From Squalus acanthias (lineage: Eukaryota): DNA of 64,000 bases. The number at the start of each line of letters is the position of its first letter. Position 1 is the first letter of the stretch. The position numbers and the translations under genes were made by a program. The notes below the pieces were generated by a model. It made no database searches. It saw only the letters and a program-made list of their open reading frames with translations, and had not been told where the DNA came from. This document shows, in pieces, positions 26,009 to 38,555 of the stretch. The stretch covers positions 20,896,001 to 20,960,000 of the forward strand of contig CM059432.1 in assembly GCA_030390025.1 (NCBI GenBank). Direction: 5' to 3'.

Positions 26009-28536
26009 GGGCTGAATTTTGCCGGCGCTCAGAGGGTGGGTTCGGAGGCGGGTCTGCTGTCAAAATGGCAGTGATTGACAGCGGGGCGGAAGTCCGCTCT
26101 GAATCCGCCTCCGTGTCAGTTTCCCAAGTGCCGGCTCTGCCTGCGGTTTGCAGACCCGGCACTAAGCGGTGGTTCAGGCAATTGAGATACTTAAGAAGCT
26201 GCTTAAAGGTATTTAAGCAGCATTTTACCAGGTCCTAACGATTTTTCCATGTTTTTTACGAGGTTCCCGGTGCCCGGGGATCATGTCAGGTAAGTGTGTC
26301 GGGTTCTCAATGACTCTGTATTGCTGTGAATAGTTGACTGCTGCAAAAGTGGTATAAAAGCTATCATTTCACAGCTGTTCAATTTCCAATCTTAGAGGCT
26401 GGAGCCTTCAGGATTTGGAATACACTTTTCAGCTTTATGGAGGTTTGAAGTGTTTGGAGCAAACTCTCTATCCAGTGTCACCTTCTTGGAGCAACCTCTC
26501 TTACCACTGACAGATCACTTCTGTCATCTCAGGTTCAGCTGCCATCTATTCCAGCAGCATCGGTGTCCTTGAAAAAATCTCACCTTGGCCCTCAGAATCC
26601 CACCATGATCAGCCCCAACACCAACATCACCAGCATCACTAGGCACACCAGCAGCACCAACAACAGCACCAACCTTCTCCGCAATCATCTGATGCTGCAC
26701 AGGACACAGGGCATCAACACCCGACCACATTGCTGCCCAGGAGGCCAGGGATGGCCACACCATGGCCAGATTTACTTCAGTTGACGCTGTACACCCTGGC
26801 TGCCACATGATGCGCCGTATTGGCACCACCCCACACCAACACCATAAAGCATCCCTACAATGCCCAAGCCATTCCTTTCACACTCATTACCATTGGGCTG
26901 TGGGGGATGGGGTACCGTTATGTCTCACCATTCACTGCAACTCACTAAGCCACTTCCAATGGTGCGCACATATCTATCCAAGAAGGCAAAGGGGTAAAAA
27001 TTGAGTCGCGCCCCATTTGGGGCGCTAACCTCGCCGGGGCGCGACTTTTAGCGCCCCGAAAAAATTAGCGGCCCCGCGCCGGAACTTCAGTGGTTGCGCC
27101 CCAAGAGGGAAGCGGGGCGCAACTGGAAGCAGCCCGCATCCCTCTTGGGGCGCTGCGAGTGAATATCCTGGCGCTACGTGCCGCAGCGCCACGCGCTGTG
27201 GCACGTCGCGCCGCGGTATTGCAGGCCTTCCTCCCCTTCTTAAAGGGGAGGGACCCTGCGCAGCGCGAACCGGGGCCCAGCTGGGCCCCCAGGGATCGGG
27301 AGTGCCGGCAAAAGAGCCCGGCACTCAAGAGAAGTGCCGGGCTCTTGGAGCGCAGCCGGCACTTCACGGTGGGGGGGCTTCACGGGGGCCGGGGGCAGGT
27401 GCTGGCAGGCGGCCAGCAACAAAAATGGCCGCCTGCCACCTCCGCTTTAAATATCGCCGCCCCGGCCGCACGTACGCCTCCCTGAACCCGTCGGACATAG
27501 CGTCTGGCGGTAAATCAGGGGGCGCGACTGAAGATCACGGCCGGGGCGCGAGCGGGGTGCTGCGTACGGCGATGACGTCATCGCCGGCGGCGCAGCGCCA
27601 CAGGGCGCTACCGGCTGCCGCCGCCGCTAACCTCCCACTAAATTTTTCGGGAGGCGTGGGCGGCGCTGCGCCCGGGCGTTAGCTGCTTTACGCCTCATTA
27701 GCGCCCTCTTAAGGCGCTAACGGGAGGCGCAAGCAGCTGAATTTTTCCCCCAAAGTGTTGAAAATAAAGATTTTAATGTTTGACAATACATTAACAGAAA
27801 CTTTCCATGAACATTGGCAATAGCACCCAACTGCCTACCCTTGTGTCTTGTATGATTGGACAAGGATGAGGGTGAGTGTGAGAGGTGGCTAGTGAGATGA
27901 GGAAGTGATAATGTAGATAGAGAGGGATGGGTGGAGGTACAAGGTAAGTTGGTATGAGTAAGGATGTGCAGGAGTAGGGTAGGGAAGGCAGAGTGATGGG
28001 AATGTGATGAGTGGTACAGCAGGATGAGGTTGAGTGTGGCTTTGCAGTAACGTTTCGTGATCTACTGAGATCATTGAAAGGTTTGCGCCACTGCAGCCTG
28101 GTCCTCCTGAAGACATCCCTGCTTGTGCCCTCCTGTGCAATGTGCAACCAGGCTGCGTTGGTCTCCTGGGGAGGTCTCTTCCACCCATTGGAAGGGAAGC
28201 GAACCTCCCTGCGTGCTGTGACTTCCTCCATAAGCATATGGAGGGAGTCATGGGAGAGCCTGGGTGCAACCCTGCACCTTTGTGCAGTGCTTGTCAGTGT
28301 CTGCATCACCTCAATGCTGCAGAACACTGACGGCACAACTGTCAAAATGATTGTGGACATGGTCCCTTGAAGGAAACCCGCTTCCTATTAATTGGCCGGA
28401 AACCTCGCAGGGCAGGCTTAACAAGCCCAATCAACATAAAATCTTGTTGGAGGCCGGGATTGAGACAGATGTGAGGTCCCCACACGCCACGGACCGAGCC
28501 CGCCCCGGACCTGCCGAAGTTGGAAAAATCCAGCCC
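26009..28536 (-). mobile_element. Non-autonomous PIF/Harbinger element with both ends intact and a Myb/SANT-like exon (about 28040-28290, minus)
   Basis: TIRs gggctgaatttt / aaaatccagccc; TSD TGA (26006-08, 28537-39); ORF 27791-28360 contains RVAPRLSHDSLHMLMEEV...AWLHIAQE...WRKPFNDL; no transposase seen. Confidence 0.85.
26991..27751. mobile_element. Family A MITE nested in the Myb-bearing Harbinger
   Basis: TIRs ggggtaaaaattg / gaatttttccccc; TSD AAA, confirmed by the empty site (gcaaagtg) in the paralogous copy near 3745. Confidence 0.9.
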
Positions 28537-30169
28537 TGAGAATTTCCTCCGGGATTCTTCCAATTGGCCGCTATGACGCAAATCCTATTTACGCAGTGTA
28601 TCCAGGGATCTACAGAAGTTGTGGTAGTCAATCGGGAGAACCCCGAGGAAACTCCTGCTGCAGAGAGTATTTATTTCAGATTGTACATTCCCCATCCCTC
28701 TATTCACCTCTTTTCCTGAGGGCACTGACTCTTCCTGAGATACGACACCACAGGAATCTTCTGGACTCCAGTACCGTGTCAGAGTCGCCTTTCTTCTTAT
28801 GGGAGCCTATTCATCGCAGCTGTGCCTGATCTTCCCCTCATCCGGCCTTCACCCGTGAGCACTTTCCTGCTGGGGTCACCGGGGTGGTGATCCTGAGCGG
28901 GCGCCATGGCTGACTTTTTAATCCCTTTTTCTTGCTCATGAATGCTGAGGCCAGTGGTAGCAGCAACTGAGATCAGGCAACTCAGCACAGATTGGGAATG
29001 GGATCTGAGAGCTTCCCAGTCAGTACCACACCATACCATGCAATCATTTATTGAACCATTAGGACAACAATTATTTTTAAATAAAACAAATTACATGGAG
29101 AAATTTAGGGATAAATTCCGCTTTGTTCCTTTAAGTTCCTGTTCAGAGTCGTTACCCCTGAAGTGACCTTTCAAAGACTGTCACTTGTATGGTTGCTATA
29201 ATGCGTATATTCAGCAAAGCAGTAACAGTAGAAAAGGAATCCTGGCTGTCATTGCTGCTGTTATTTAACTGAGATGCATGAACATTGTACCTGCTCTATT
29301 ACGTGGCCGTCGCCATGGAGAAGCAACCTTACTGCAGTATTCTACCTTCAGCGAGGAAAACAACTTAGATGCTATGGATTTTATGGCGACAAATGGACAA
29401 TTAGTGAAATAAAACAATTGATTTAAAGTGCTCACTTTGGATCTGTAGCCGTCGGGTATTTTCTTTATACACTGAATATCAGATCCTGAACTAATCCATC
29501 CTAGAAGGTCACCTAGTTGTAGGTTTTTCATTAATCTAGTAATTCCTGTTGAATCATTTGTATGCAGAGCTTTCGTTGTTGCAGTGAAATGGTTGTTCAG
29601 CTCGAGTCCAAGCATACATTTATTGATCAAACGGCAGGTTGGAAGGATTTATATAGGGAGTTACTGGACTGGAGTGCATTAAAGGACAATGGGACAATTC
29701 AAGAATACTGATATCATACACTCTGAGAGCAAGATTATTTTACTTTTGGTAGTTTGCACCAGACCAGCTGTTATGTATGATGGCTACATTATTTTCAATA
29801 ATAATACATGCTGTAACGGTTAAATAGGCCACGAAGCGTGCCACTGACGACTGAGATCTGTCAGGGCTGTTGAGTGCACCATTATTGACTGTATGACACA
29901 AAGTCATGCACAGGAAATTAGGGGATACTATATGATGAAACCCTTGAGGTGACCAGGTAGGCCATTGCTACAGAAATATTTCTGTCGCGCCACTTTAATC
30001 CCTGTGAATAGGTTCTCAAAATGGACAATCTCTTCAAAAGACAGGTGAAAATGTCTTTATAAAAGAATGGGACATTATAACGTATAGCCCTTATAACTAA
30101 AATACAGTTTCGATATGGTTATAAATAAAACATCCACATTTTCTTCAACTTCTACACTTTGTACAGCAC

Positions 30170-30974
30170 TAAAAAAATTTGGCTGGTTAGCACCTCCCGT
30201 TAGCGCCTCCAGGGGGCGCTAATGGGGCGCTAGGAACTTCGCGCCCGAGTGCAGCGATTTTAATGCCGCTCGTGAAATTGACGTCGTTTTGCGGTGGCGC
30301 TAAGCACTCCTGTGCCCACAGATCGTGATGTCAGTCAAGTGTTCAACGCCCTGGTAGCGCCCCAGACTGGATATTGAGCGCCTGCCGCTAGGAATGACAG
30401 GTAGAGGGGAACGTTTTCAAGTCGGGAAGGGGCTGGGGAGTGCTATTTAAAGGCGGGTGCTTCCTGCCTTTTCTTGTCGGCAAAATTTTTGGTACACGCA
30501 GGATGAGAGGGAGAGAGACGTCTGGAGAGATTTAACACTGTCCTTAGGAGTTTTGGCCCTCAGCACTACTTTTGAGGTTACTAAGCGCTGAGCTCTTTCC
30601 CTGGGCCTATCCATTAGTGCTTCCAACATAATTGTTTTAGAGGTCTTTCCAGGCCGAGATTCAAGGCTGCAATGAGCAGGGAGTGGCTGGCCAGCAAGAT
30701 GACCCCTCCCCTTTAAGAACTGGATGGCGCCAGTCTGTCTGGCTTCCATGGTAACTCACATCGCCTGAGCTTCGGTAGCGTTCTGAGGTAGCGCCTCGCT
30801 CCCCGAGGTTAGCACCTTAAGAGAGGTGTGTAGTGCCTGATTTAGCACTCAAATCACCTCCAGGGGCGATAGAGGCGAATTTTGCAGTCGGAGGCGATAA
30901 TTAGCACCGGGCGCTAAACTTTGCGCCCGGCCGATATTAGCGCTCCAAAATGGCCGATACCCAATTTTTCCCCC
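30170..30974. mobile_element. Diverged MITE related to family A
   Basis: Right TIR aatttttccccc; degenerate left end; many ttagcgcc/ggcgctaa motifs. Confidence 0.7.
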
Positions 30975-32031
30975 TTAATAGTTTAAACAGACTACTCATT
31001 CGTAAGTTGCTGAATTACTTGAGGGGGAACCTACACAACTCAATCACAACTGCAGTGATTGTGGGTTATATGATTCCTCCCTCCCTTGCTGATGCATTCC
31101 ATGTTCAACAGCACATCATTGAGCTTCATAACGCCATAAGAGATTTGAGGAAGAGGAAAAAGCCATTATGCCTGACACGTACCCCATTTGGTAGATCAAC
31201 CCCATCCATCCAACTTCTCGACATAGAGTAAGTTTAGTGAGGCTACGTTTCCTCAGAGCCTCACAAGATGCAAGCACAGATTGGAAAATTGAGGTAGCAG
31301 TGTTATCGTTCTATCTACAGTACCATCCATCCAACAAGGCACCCAAAGTGCAACAATTGCTCCTCAATCTCTTCACTCTCCAGAAGTGCATAATTGCCTG
31401 TTGGGTCCATTTATAATGTCTGATTCAATGATCTTGACTGGCAGTTAATTCCACAATTACTCTTGCAATAAAAACCAGTTCCATCTGACTTCCCTCTTAC
31501 TCTCTATTTCTTACTGTTTAACTTCTGTCATGGCAAACAGTTTACTTGGATCGACTTTGTATTTAAATCACTTCATCTATTGTATGTAGTTTACAAAATA
31601 AGCTAACAAATAATGAGAGAGAACGATGATACAGCCACCTCGGTCAGCACTGAAATTGTTAACATTTGAAAAGCCTACAGGTCTTCCCACAATTCCCTGC
31701 AGCAGCTGCCGATAGCTTCCAGCAGTTAGTCATCTTTACTCAATTTCAGAAATACTGATTTGCAGAAAGGTTGCCCTTGGTTGCAAATTGTGGATTGCTG
31801 CTTTTGATTGATGATGCCTTGCCGATGATATAATGATGATGTGATACTGCACTGCATTTATCCACAAACAGCCAGGGGAGAGATGTAGAAACACAGTGGA
31901 TTGGGTGGAAAATAAATAAGCTTTCAGGAAGAATTGAATAGGAATAATGGATTTCTTGTGCATGGTCTTGCCAAACTAATGATAGGACATTATTTGCGGC
32001 AAATAAATACTTACAAGCTATTCTAGATTTG

Positions 32032-32651
32032 AGGGTGACCATAGATCCCCGTTTTCCGGGGACAGTCCCCGGATGAGGGACTGAGTCCCCGGGCAAAAAA
32101 TGTCCCCGGAAGAGTCCCTGGTTCAGGAGACTCATTCCCTAATACACTCAGGTTCAAATCAGGAAACACGTGACCCGGTCGGTCAATAAAGTGGGCGTGT
32201 CTGTGCAGCGGGGCAGGACTGTCAATCTCCTGTTTTCCACCAGTAAAAGGGGTGGACTCACTGAAGGACTTTGATTTGTGCAGAGATCGCGTGCTGTGGC
32301 CGCAATATGCTCCGCCGCCCCTTCCCTTCGACGCCACCCCCACCCCCACCCCCCAACCAAATCCCCCGGATAGTCCTGTGAAATTCGGTTGATGAGAAAT
32401 CGGCCCCAGAGCCAAAATGTCCGATTAACGGGGTTCCGCTGGTAATCGGACTAATGAACGGTGGCTGGAGCCGGGCTGTGTGGATGTCCCGGGAGCCGGC
32501 TCAGAGCTGCTTTTTACAGATTCAGTTTGCATCCAAATAACAAACATTTTTTGCCTTGCTACGCTGCGCAACCTACACTTTCCGTCCTGTACTTTGCTGT
32601 GCTCTCACCCTGTGAGTCCTTGGCATCGGTTTAAAAAATATGGTCACCCTA
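32032..32651. mobile_element. hAT (Blackjack-like) non-autonomous DNA transposon
   Basis: TIRs agggtgaccata / tatggtcaccct; repeated gtcccgg subterminal motifs; no clear TSD. Confidence 0.65.
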
Positions 32652-34061
32652 TATGTATAACAAGAAGGCACAAAAATATATATTATGGTATTGGTATACT
32701 GATTAGGTTCGATTTAGAAAGCGTTAACTCCCAAAGCCAACTGAAATGAAAATCAGACGGTTGCCATAGTAATTGGGAATGTTAATTAGGAATCAGTGGG
32801 AATCTTTGAGTGCCATCCTTAGCATTTCATGGCATGATGACAGAATGATTTCTATATTAAGATTTTAATATCATCACAAAAGGAATTAAAGTGGAAGATG
32901 GAAAATAATCTTACACAGAGAAAGGTTCGAATGTTGAAATCTCTGCCATGAACCATTATTGAATAAATTATTTTAAAAGAGAATTATATATGTATTTGAA
33001 AAATAGAAATGTTAAGAGTGTGGAGGACAAACAGGAGAGTGTGTTTAGACTAGGTGGCTCACGTGGAGAAAACCAGTGGCAGAGCCTTGGTGGGCCAAAT
33101 GGCCTGTTTCTGTGCTGTAACATTCAATGATTCCAGTCATTTTCTCCTTGAACAATGAAACTGATCCCTCAGTAACTCTGAACTTGCATCTTGTGAGATC
33201 TACAGTATCTTTGCAGAGCACCACTAACAATGATTTGCATTGGACCACATTCCCTGACTGTGTTGAGTATCTCCCTCCCTCTTTGGAGGAGAGGAGCCGT
33301 TCGGACTCTTCTCTGGGGATCTCTCGCACATGAGATTGCGATCTCCCACATAGGATTGTGCTCTCGTGTGTTGGCTCCTCTCAGCATTCATCTCAGGGAA
33401 GTGCGTGAAGAAGGTACAATGCAGATTCACTAGGATACTGTCTGATACAAGGAATTACAAATATGAAGAACAACTTGAAAAATTGGGTCTTGTTCATCAG
33501 AACAATGCAGATTACAGGGTGATGAAATAGAAGTGGTTATAATTCTGAAAAGATGGGACAAGGTAGGAAGAAGCAGACTGTCTCCAGTAGTGGGACTAGC
33601 TGAAGTGCTCTTGCAGAGAACTGGCACAGGCTTGATGGGCTGAATGATGGCCTCCTTCTGTGCTGTAACCATTCTATGATTCTAGTAAAAGGGAACAAGG
33701 GACCATAGGTAGATTAAATTTAAGAGATTTAGAACTGAGGGCTGGAGAAACCTACAGAATTGGGAGGCTGTGGCATTCAGTCCTACAATGAGTGGTTAAG
33801 GCAGAAACTATGTCAACATTCAAGATTAGATTGGATAGGTGGTTGAAGGAAAAGGGTTTGAAGGGATAGAGGAACAGAATGAGTAAATGGAGGGCAAACG
33901 CCGACACGGACTGTTTCTGTGTTGGAACTCGTTTGTATATCTATGTTTATTATAGAGGTGGGATTAATCCCAGCCCGGACAGTGGTAGTGAAATCCCTCT
34001 ATTAAAATTTTAACTACATATACTTCTGGTTTGAAGTGTTACCTTAGTGACTGAAAATAAC

Positions 34062-34171
34062 ATGAGAAGTCGCACAACACCAGGTTATAGTCCAACAGTT
34101 GGACTATAACCTGGTGTTGTGCGACTTCTCATTTTTGTCCACCCCAGTCCAACACCGGCATCTCCGCATCA
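34062..34171 (+). mobile_element. Short Penelope-type terminal fragment with a perfect 35-bp inverted repeat
   Basis: Arms 34062-34096 and 34098-34132; flanking direct repeat tgaaaataacatg (34052-64, 34172-84); same family as 37498. Confidence 0.85.
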
Positions 34172-34516
34172 TGAAAATAACATGGCTCGGTTGCTGTTCA
34201 GCATTCGCAGCTTTATCAACCAGTTGTCCTACTATGACTGGTTGAGTCTTCATTTCATTAAGAAAATAACCTAACTGTATTGTAGCACACAGTCAGTCAA
34301 AGCCACAATGTTACAGTAAGATTCTCTGCCCTGCTCATGATGGGTAACCAGCAACACCAACGTAATTAATTTAAGTCAGCAACTGACACAGAAGCTGTCA
34401 ATAACACAGCCACAGTAGTAAGACCCAGTTATTTTATGCTTTGACTTAAAACAATTAGTACTGCACAGTGTATTTTAAATCATTAACATATTGCTTGTCT
34501 TTTGATTCAATTTCAG

Positions 34517-34619
34517 GAACGCCACAGTGCTGAATTCCAAGATAATCTCGGTTATTGTGAAGCCTTCTCCAAAATCTTTATCCAGCCCTTTGGAAATTGA
34601 ATTTTCTCATCTATATAAT
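34517..34619 (+). CDS. ADGRB1: ADGRB1 coding exon (103 nt): [34 protein letters not shown]
   Basis: tttcag acceptor, gtaagt donor; phase 2/0; GAIN 'LNSxIIS' motif. Confidence 0.93.
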
Positions 34620-35411
34620 GTAAGTTAATGTATTCAAATATGTACAGTGCAACAGAAAATGCTTTCAGTCACAACACTTTGAATTAGGTTCATTTGGAAC
34701 TGTCGCCCTTAAGTGCACATTTTATTCCTAACTGAAAATAACTGTGCCGATGTGAAAATTAAAATATTATTTCATCAGTGAAATAATGCTTGAAAAACAG
34801 CCCTTGGTTAATAATGAGGAACTTGAGCAGACCTGCCTGTGTGTTCTGTGCACAAATGGTTACAAGTTATTTCGGTCTTGCCAAGGAAACCGTGGAAACA
34901 GCAATAGCCAGTGCAGTAAAACGGAACGTCTTTCATTAATTCCGGGAGTGCAGTGTTGCTTCCTGCACTTTCAAAAAAAAAATAACCAATTCAATTTCTC
35001 TATCTCACTGGGGTGGAATGTACATGTGAGAACTGAGAAGTCACATGGCGATCCCTTTAACTAGATTACTACAGCACGGTGAAATCTTCTGGACAACCAT
35101 TTAATATGCGAGTGCTTCGTTTAAATATTAACTGTACTCTAAATCATGTAAATATCCCCAGTGCAATGCCCCCATTAGTTTAGCGTGTGATCGTGTTGTG
35201 AATTCCGCTTATCTATCTGGAGTGAGTATTAACGGTAATGTCATGCATGAAGGAGCTTTTAAAGGGGAAAGCTTTTTGACTGATGTTTTTTCTTAATTTC
35301 CATTTTTTCAGTGCCTTGTTACTATTTTTTTCTGTTTTGTTACCCCCGGGAGCTAGGGGTCGTATTGTTATCGACATTAAAACATGTAGGGAGTGTTTCT
35401 GTAAAGGCAGA

Positions 35412-35732
35412 CGGGTACGGTAGCGTAGTAGTTATGTTACTGGAGTAGTAATCCTGGGGCCTGGAATCACAACATTGCAGTTTGTGAATTTTAATTCAGT
35501 TTAAAAAAAAACGACTGAATAAATCTGGAATAAAAAGCAGGTATCAATAAAAGTGACCTGGAAGCTTTCGGATTGTCGTAAAAGCCCAACTGGTTCACTG
35601 ATGTGATTCTATGATGTCCTTCAGGGAAAGGAAACCTGCCATCCTTACCTGGCCTGGCCTACACGGGACTCCAGGCCCACACCAACGTGGTTGACTCTTA
35701 ACTGGCCTCTGAAATGGTCGAGCAAGCCACTC
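35412..35732 (+). mobile_element. tRNA-headed SINE/LINE 5' region copy
   Basis: ggtacggtagcgtagtagttatgttactgg...gttgactcttaactggcctctgaaatg, homologous to 43219-43530. Confidence 0.75.
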
Positions 35733-36197
35733 AAAAACCGTGTCCAGAAATGGTTTATGACTTTATCCACCTACAGTCTCACTTTCAGGGAATTATGTAT
35801 TTGCATCCCTAGGTCTTTCAGATCCTTCAGAGTTTTGAGAGTGTCTTTGATGGCAGGAGATCTAACCAGACAGTTAGGTGCTGAGGTCAGTGCACCTGAT
35901 CTGGGAGCTCCTAATTTCTTGGTGATTAACGTGAATGATGGGAATATCTGATCATGGCTGACTGACCTCTGCCTCCAATTCTCCCATTTGTATTCCTGTT
36001 GAGCAAGGCATTTGCACCCAGAGCCTTACAAAATTTACCCTAGTGATACATCGAATCTGCATTGAGAAGGGATTGAATTAGTAACTCACAAAGGATTAGC
36101 AGGAATTTAGGCATGCGCGAGATTTATTGTTTAAATTTTAATATGCATCTTGGGTGGAATCAACTGTATTTTAACAAGTGTTCATTTTCTTTAACAG

Positions 36198-36241
36198 GGC
36201 ACTACAAATCAGTCGTGCATCGCATGGGATGAAACAGACAC
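36198..36241 (+). CDS. ADGRB1: ADGRB1 coding exon (44 nt): GTTNQSCIAWDETD(T), start of the GPS motif
   Basis: taacag acceptor, gtaagt donor; phase 0/2; CxxW of the GPS. Confidence 0.92.
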
Positions 36242-37497
36242 GTAAGTTTTTAAAAATGTAAAATTCAGTCTACTAACTAAAAATGGCCTCAAAGAACAAT
36301 GCGTTATGTCCAGTTGGAAGTTTAACGAGGAAATTCACTCATATTGCAAAAAGAGTCTTTTTGATTCAGTGTTGGTGAGATTTTCTTAACAGATCTATTA
36401 AATTCATTCATATTTTTATTTATCCAGAATTTCCTTTTTATTTTTGTCATTTGCTCCCCCTCCTTGTCTTCAGACACTGATTGATGTGTTGGGACTGGTA
36501 TCCATATGCCCGCAGTCCTCTGGTATCTCATCCAAGTAGCCATTCTTCCCGTGTGAGTCTAGGCAGTCAATGTCAGGTGGCTAATCATCACGAGGGGCAA
36601 CAAAGCCAAACCTGATCCTATCTTCAATCATATGCACTTTCCAGCAGGAACTTGAGCTGATTTCTTCCCTTTCCTAGCCTGAAATGCTGTGGCCAGTTCC
36701 AGCCCTAGCTGCTGCCTGCTGAGATCAGCTCCGTCAGCACAGATCAGCAATCAAACTTGAGACACTTCTGGTCTGACTGGCTCAGTGCCACATGGGGTAG
36801 TACATTTGCTCACAAATCTATCGGGTCACTTTTCTCATTCCAACTGGTGCTATTTTTTTTATGACAAACTGTTCTCTTTTATAGTATTGCATCTTTATGG
36901 GTGTTATTATTTTGTATGACTGCAAGTCACTCTCAAGCAAAGAGAATTAATCTTGATGGAAATTTTGAGCCCTAAATGTGTTTCGAGGAGTTTTAACTGA
37001 AGCGGTTGCTCAGTTGGCATGTGTACTGATCGTTTTCCAGTCGATTTTATCAGCATCAGTTGTGGCTTCCATTACTTATACATAATATTTAGACCAAGAA
37101 GCTCAGATGCCACAGGACTGCAAATGTCAAGGCTCATCAACCTCTATTGCTCGCTCAGTGCAGCCTCTGTCATCCTTTCTGTTAATGGGTGAAGGGGCCT
37201 GAGTTCAGCAGCTTGACTCAGTTGATGGCTTTATCTACCCGAGGGATTCAAATACATAATTCTCTGAAAGTGTGAGTGTAGGTAGATGAAGCCATAAAGT
37301 TGAGATCAAATTGACTGAAGTCTATCACATTCAGGAGAATGAATTGAACCTTAATTGACTTTGCCTTGCCTAATACACTGCGAAAAATGAAAGTCTAGAT
37401 TACACCCATTTGAAATGCTAACGTGTCAGGGCTAATGAACTCTGAAGTCCTGCCAGTAAATATTTGATTCACACTCAAATCCAATGCATATAATGAA

Positions 37498-37738
37498 ACA
37501 AAAATGAGAAGTCGCACAACACCAGGTTATAGTCCAACAGATTTATTTAAAATTACAAGCTTTCGGAGCTATCGATCGCCCCTTCTTCAGGTAAAGTTAC
37601 TGTCTCAGTAACTTTACCTGAAGAAGGGGCGATCGATAGCTTCGAAAGCTTGTAATTTTAAATAAATCTGTTGGACTATAACCTGGTGTTGTGCGACTTC
37701 TCATTTTTGTCCACCCCAGTCCAACGCCGGCATCTCCG
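37498..37738 (+). mobile_element. Palindromic Penelope-type terminal-repeat element with a hammerhead motif in each arm
   Basis: 105-bp arms 37498-37602 and 37606-37710, 3-nt loop, one mismatch; flanking direct repeat tataatgaaaca (37489-500, 37739-50). Confidence 0.88.
37614..37655 (+). ncRNA. Minimal type I hammerhead ribozyme motif (mirror copy on minus strand at about 37553-37594)
   Basis: ttac-CTGAAGA-a-ggggc/gatcgata/gcttc-GAAA-gc-TT-gtaa: core boxes present, stem I ttac/gtaa, stem II, palindromic AAGCTT stem III. Confidence 0.72.
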
Positions 37739-38555
37739 TATAATGAAACAGAGAGGCCACTGCTTTCTTGACCACTCTACACATTATACTTGAGCATCTT
37801 TTTTTCCTGATTATTTTTCCTCGCATCCATTTTATTCTTTCTAATTTTTCTCTTTCCTTCTGCTAAAGGCACGGCATGTTGGGGAATGGTTCCACGAGGT
37901 GCCCGCAGCCCTATGGTACCTCAACCTAGTGGCCATTCTTCATGTATGAACTGTTGGTATGCTATTTGACCCTGAAAGGTGCAGTTCTTCTGTACTCACC
38001 CAAAATCCATATGCACTGTTCAGCATAGGTCACGAGAGAGATCAGGAAACGACATTTATTCCAGATTACTTCAGCTGATCCTAAACAGCTGCAAAGTTAT
38101 TTAAGAGGTAAATAACTGCAAAGCAAGAAGAGATGTTGGGAGCAACGAGAGGCAGTCATTACCATTCTTACCTTACCTGCTGATTTATGAAACTACCTCC
38201 AGTATACATAGATGAGAGACAGTCGCTTACTTCTAACTACAACAAAGTATCACTTAATCTTTACCATAAGCTATATATCATGTATCAAACCAATAGAATG
38301 TCTCTGCCACTTTCAACAGCTTTGTTAACAATACAATTACCATCCCTCCCCCTTTTGCTGACCATATCTCCAACCTGTTGACTTCACCTCCTCAAATTAC
38401 TCAGTTCACCCTACTCAACTCGGCAATCACCGTTAGTGTCTAATGGGATGCAGCAGCGTCTCAATCAAAGATGCAGCCACATTTTAAATGCAATAAAACA
38501 AGAGGAATCTGACTTTATTTTCCATCTTTAAGAGTGTTAAGGCCTCAAACATAAT

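Larger units (their letters stand above)
1150..36241 (+). other. ADGRB1: Internal part of ADGRB1/BAI1 gene (7 coding exons, GAIN domain); gene extends beyond both window ends
   Basis: Spliced exons give a continuous [21 protein letters not shown]...[10 protein letters not shown]...[17 protein letters not shown]...FPMKGWRG...GTVLYRNLG...LNSKIISV...GTTNQSCIAWDETD. This matches my recollection of human BAI1 ([41 protein letters not shown]) better than BAI2/BAI3. Confidence 0.92.
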
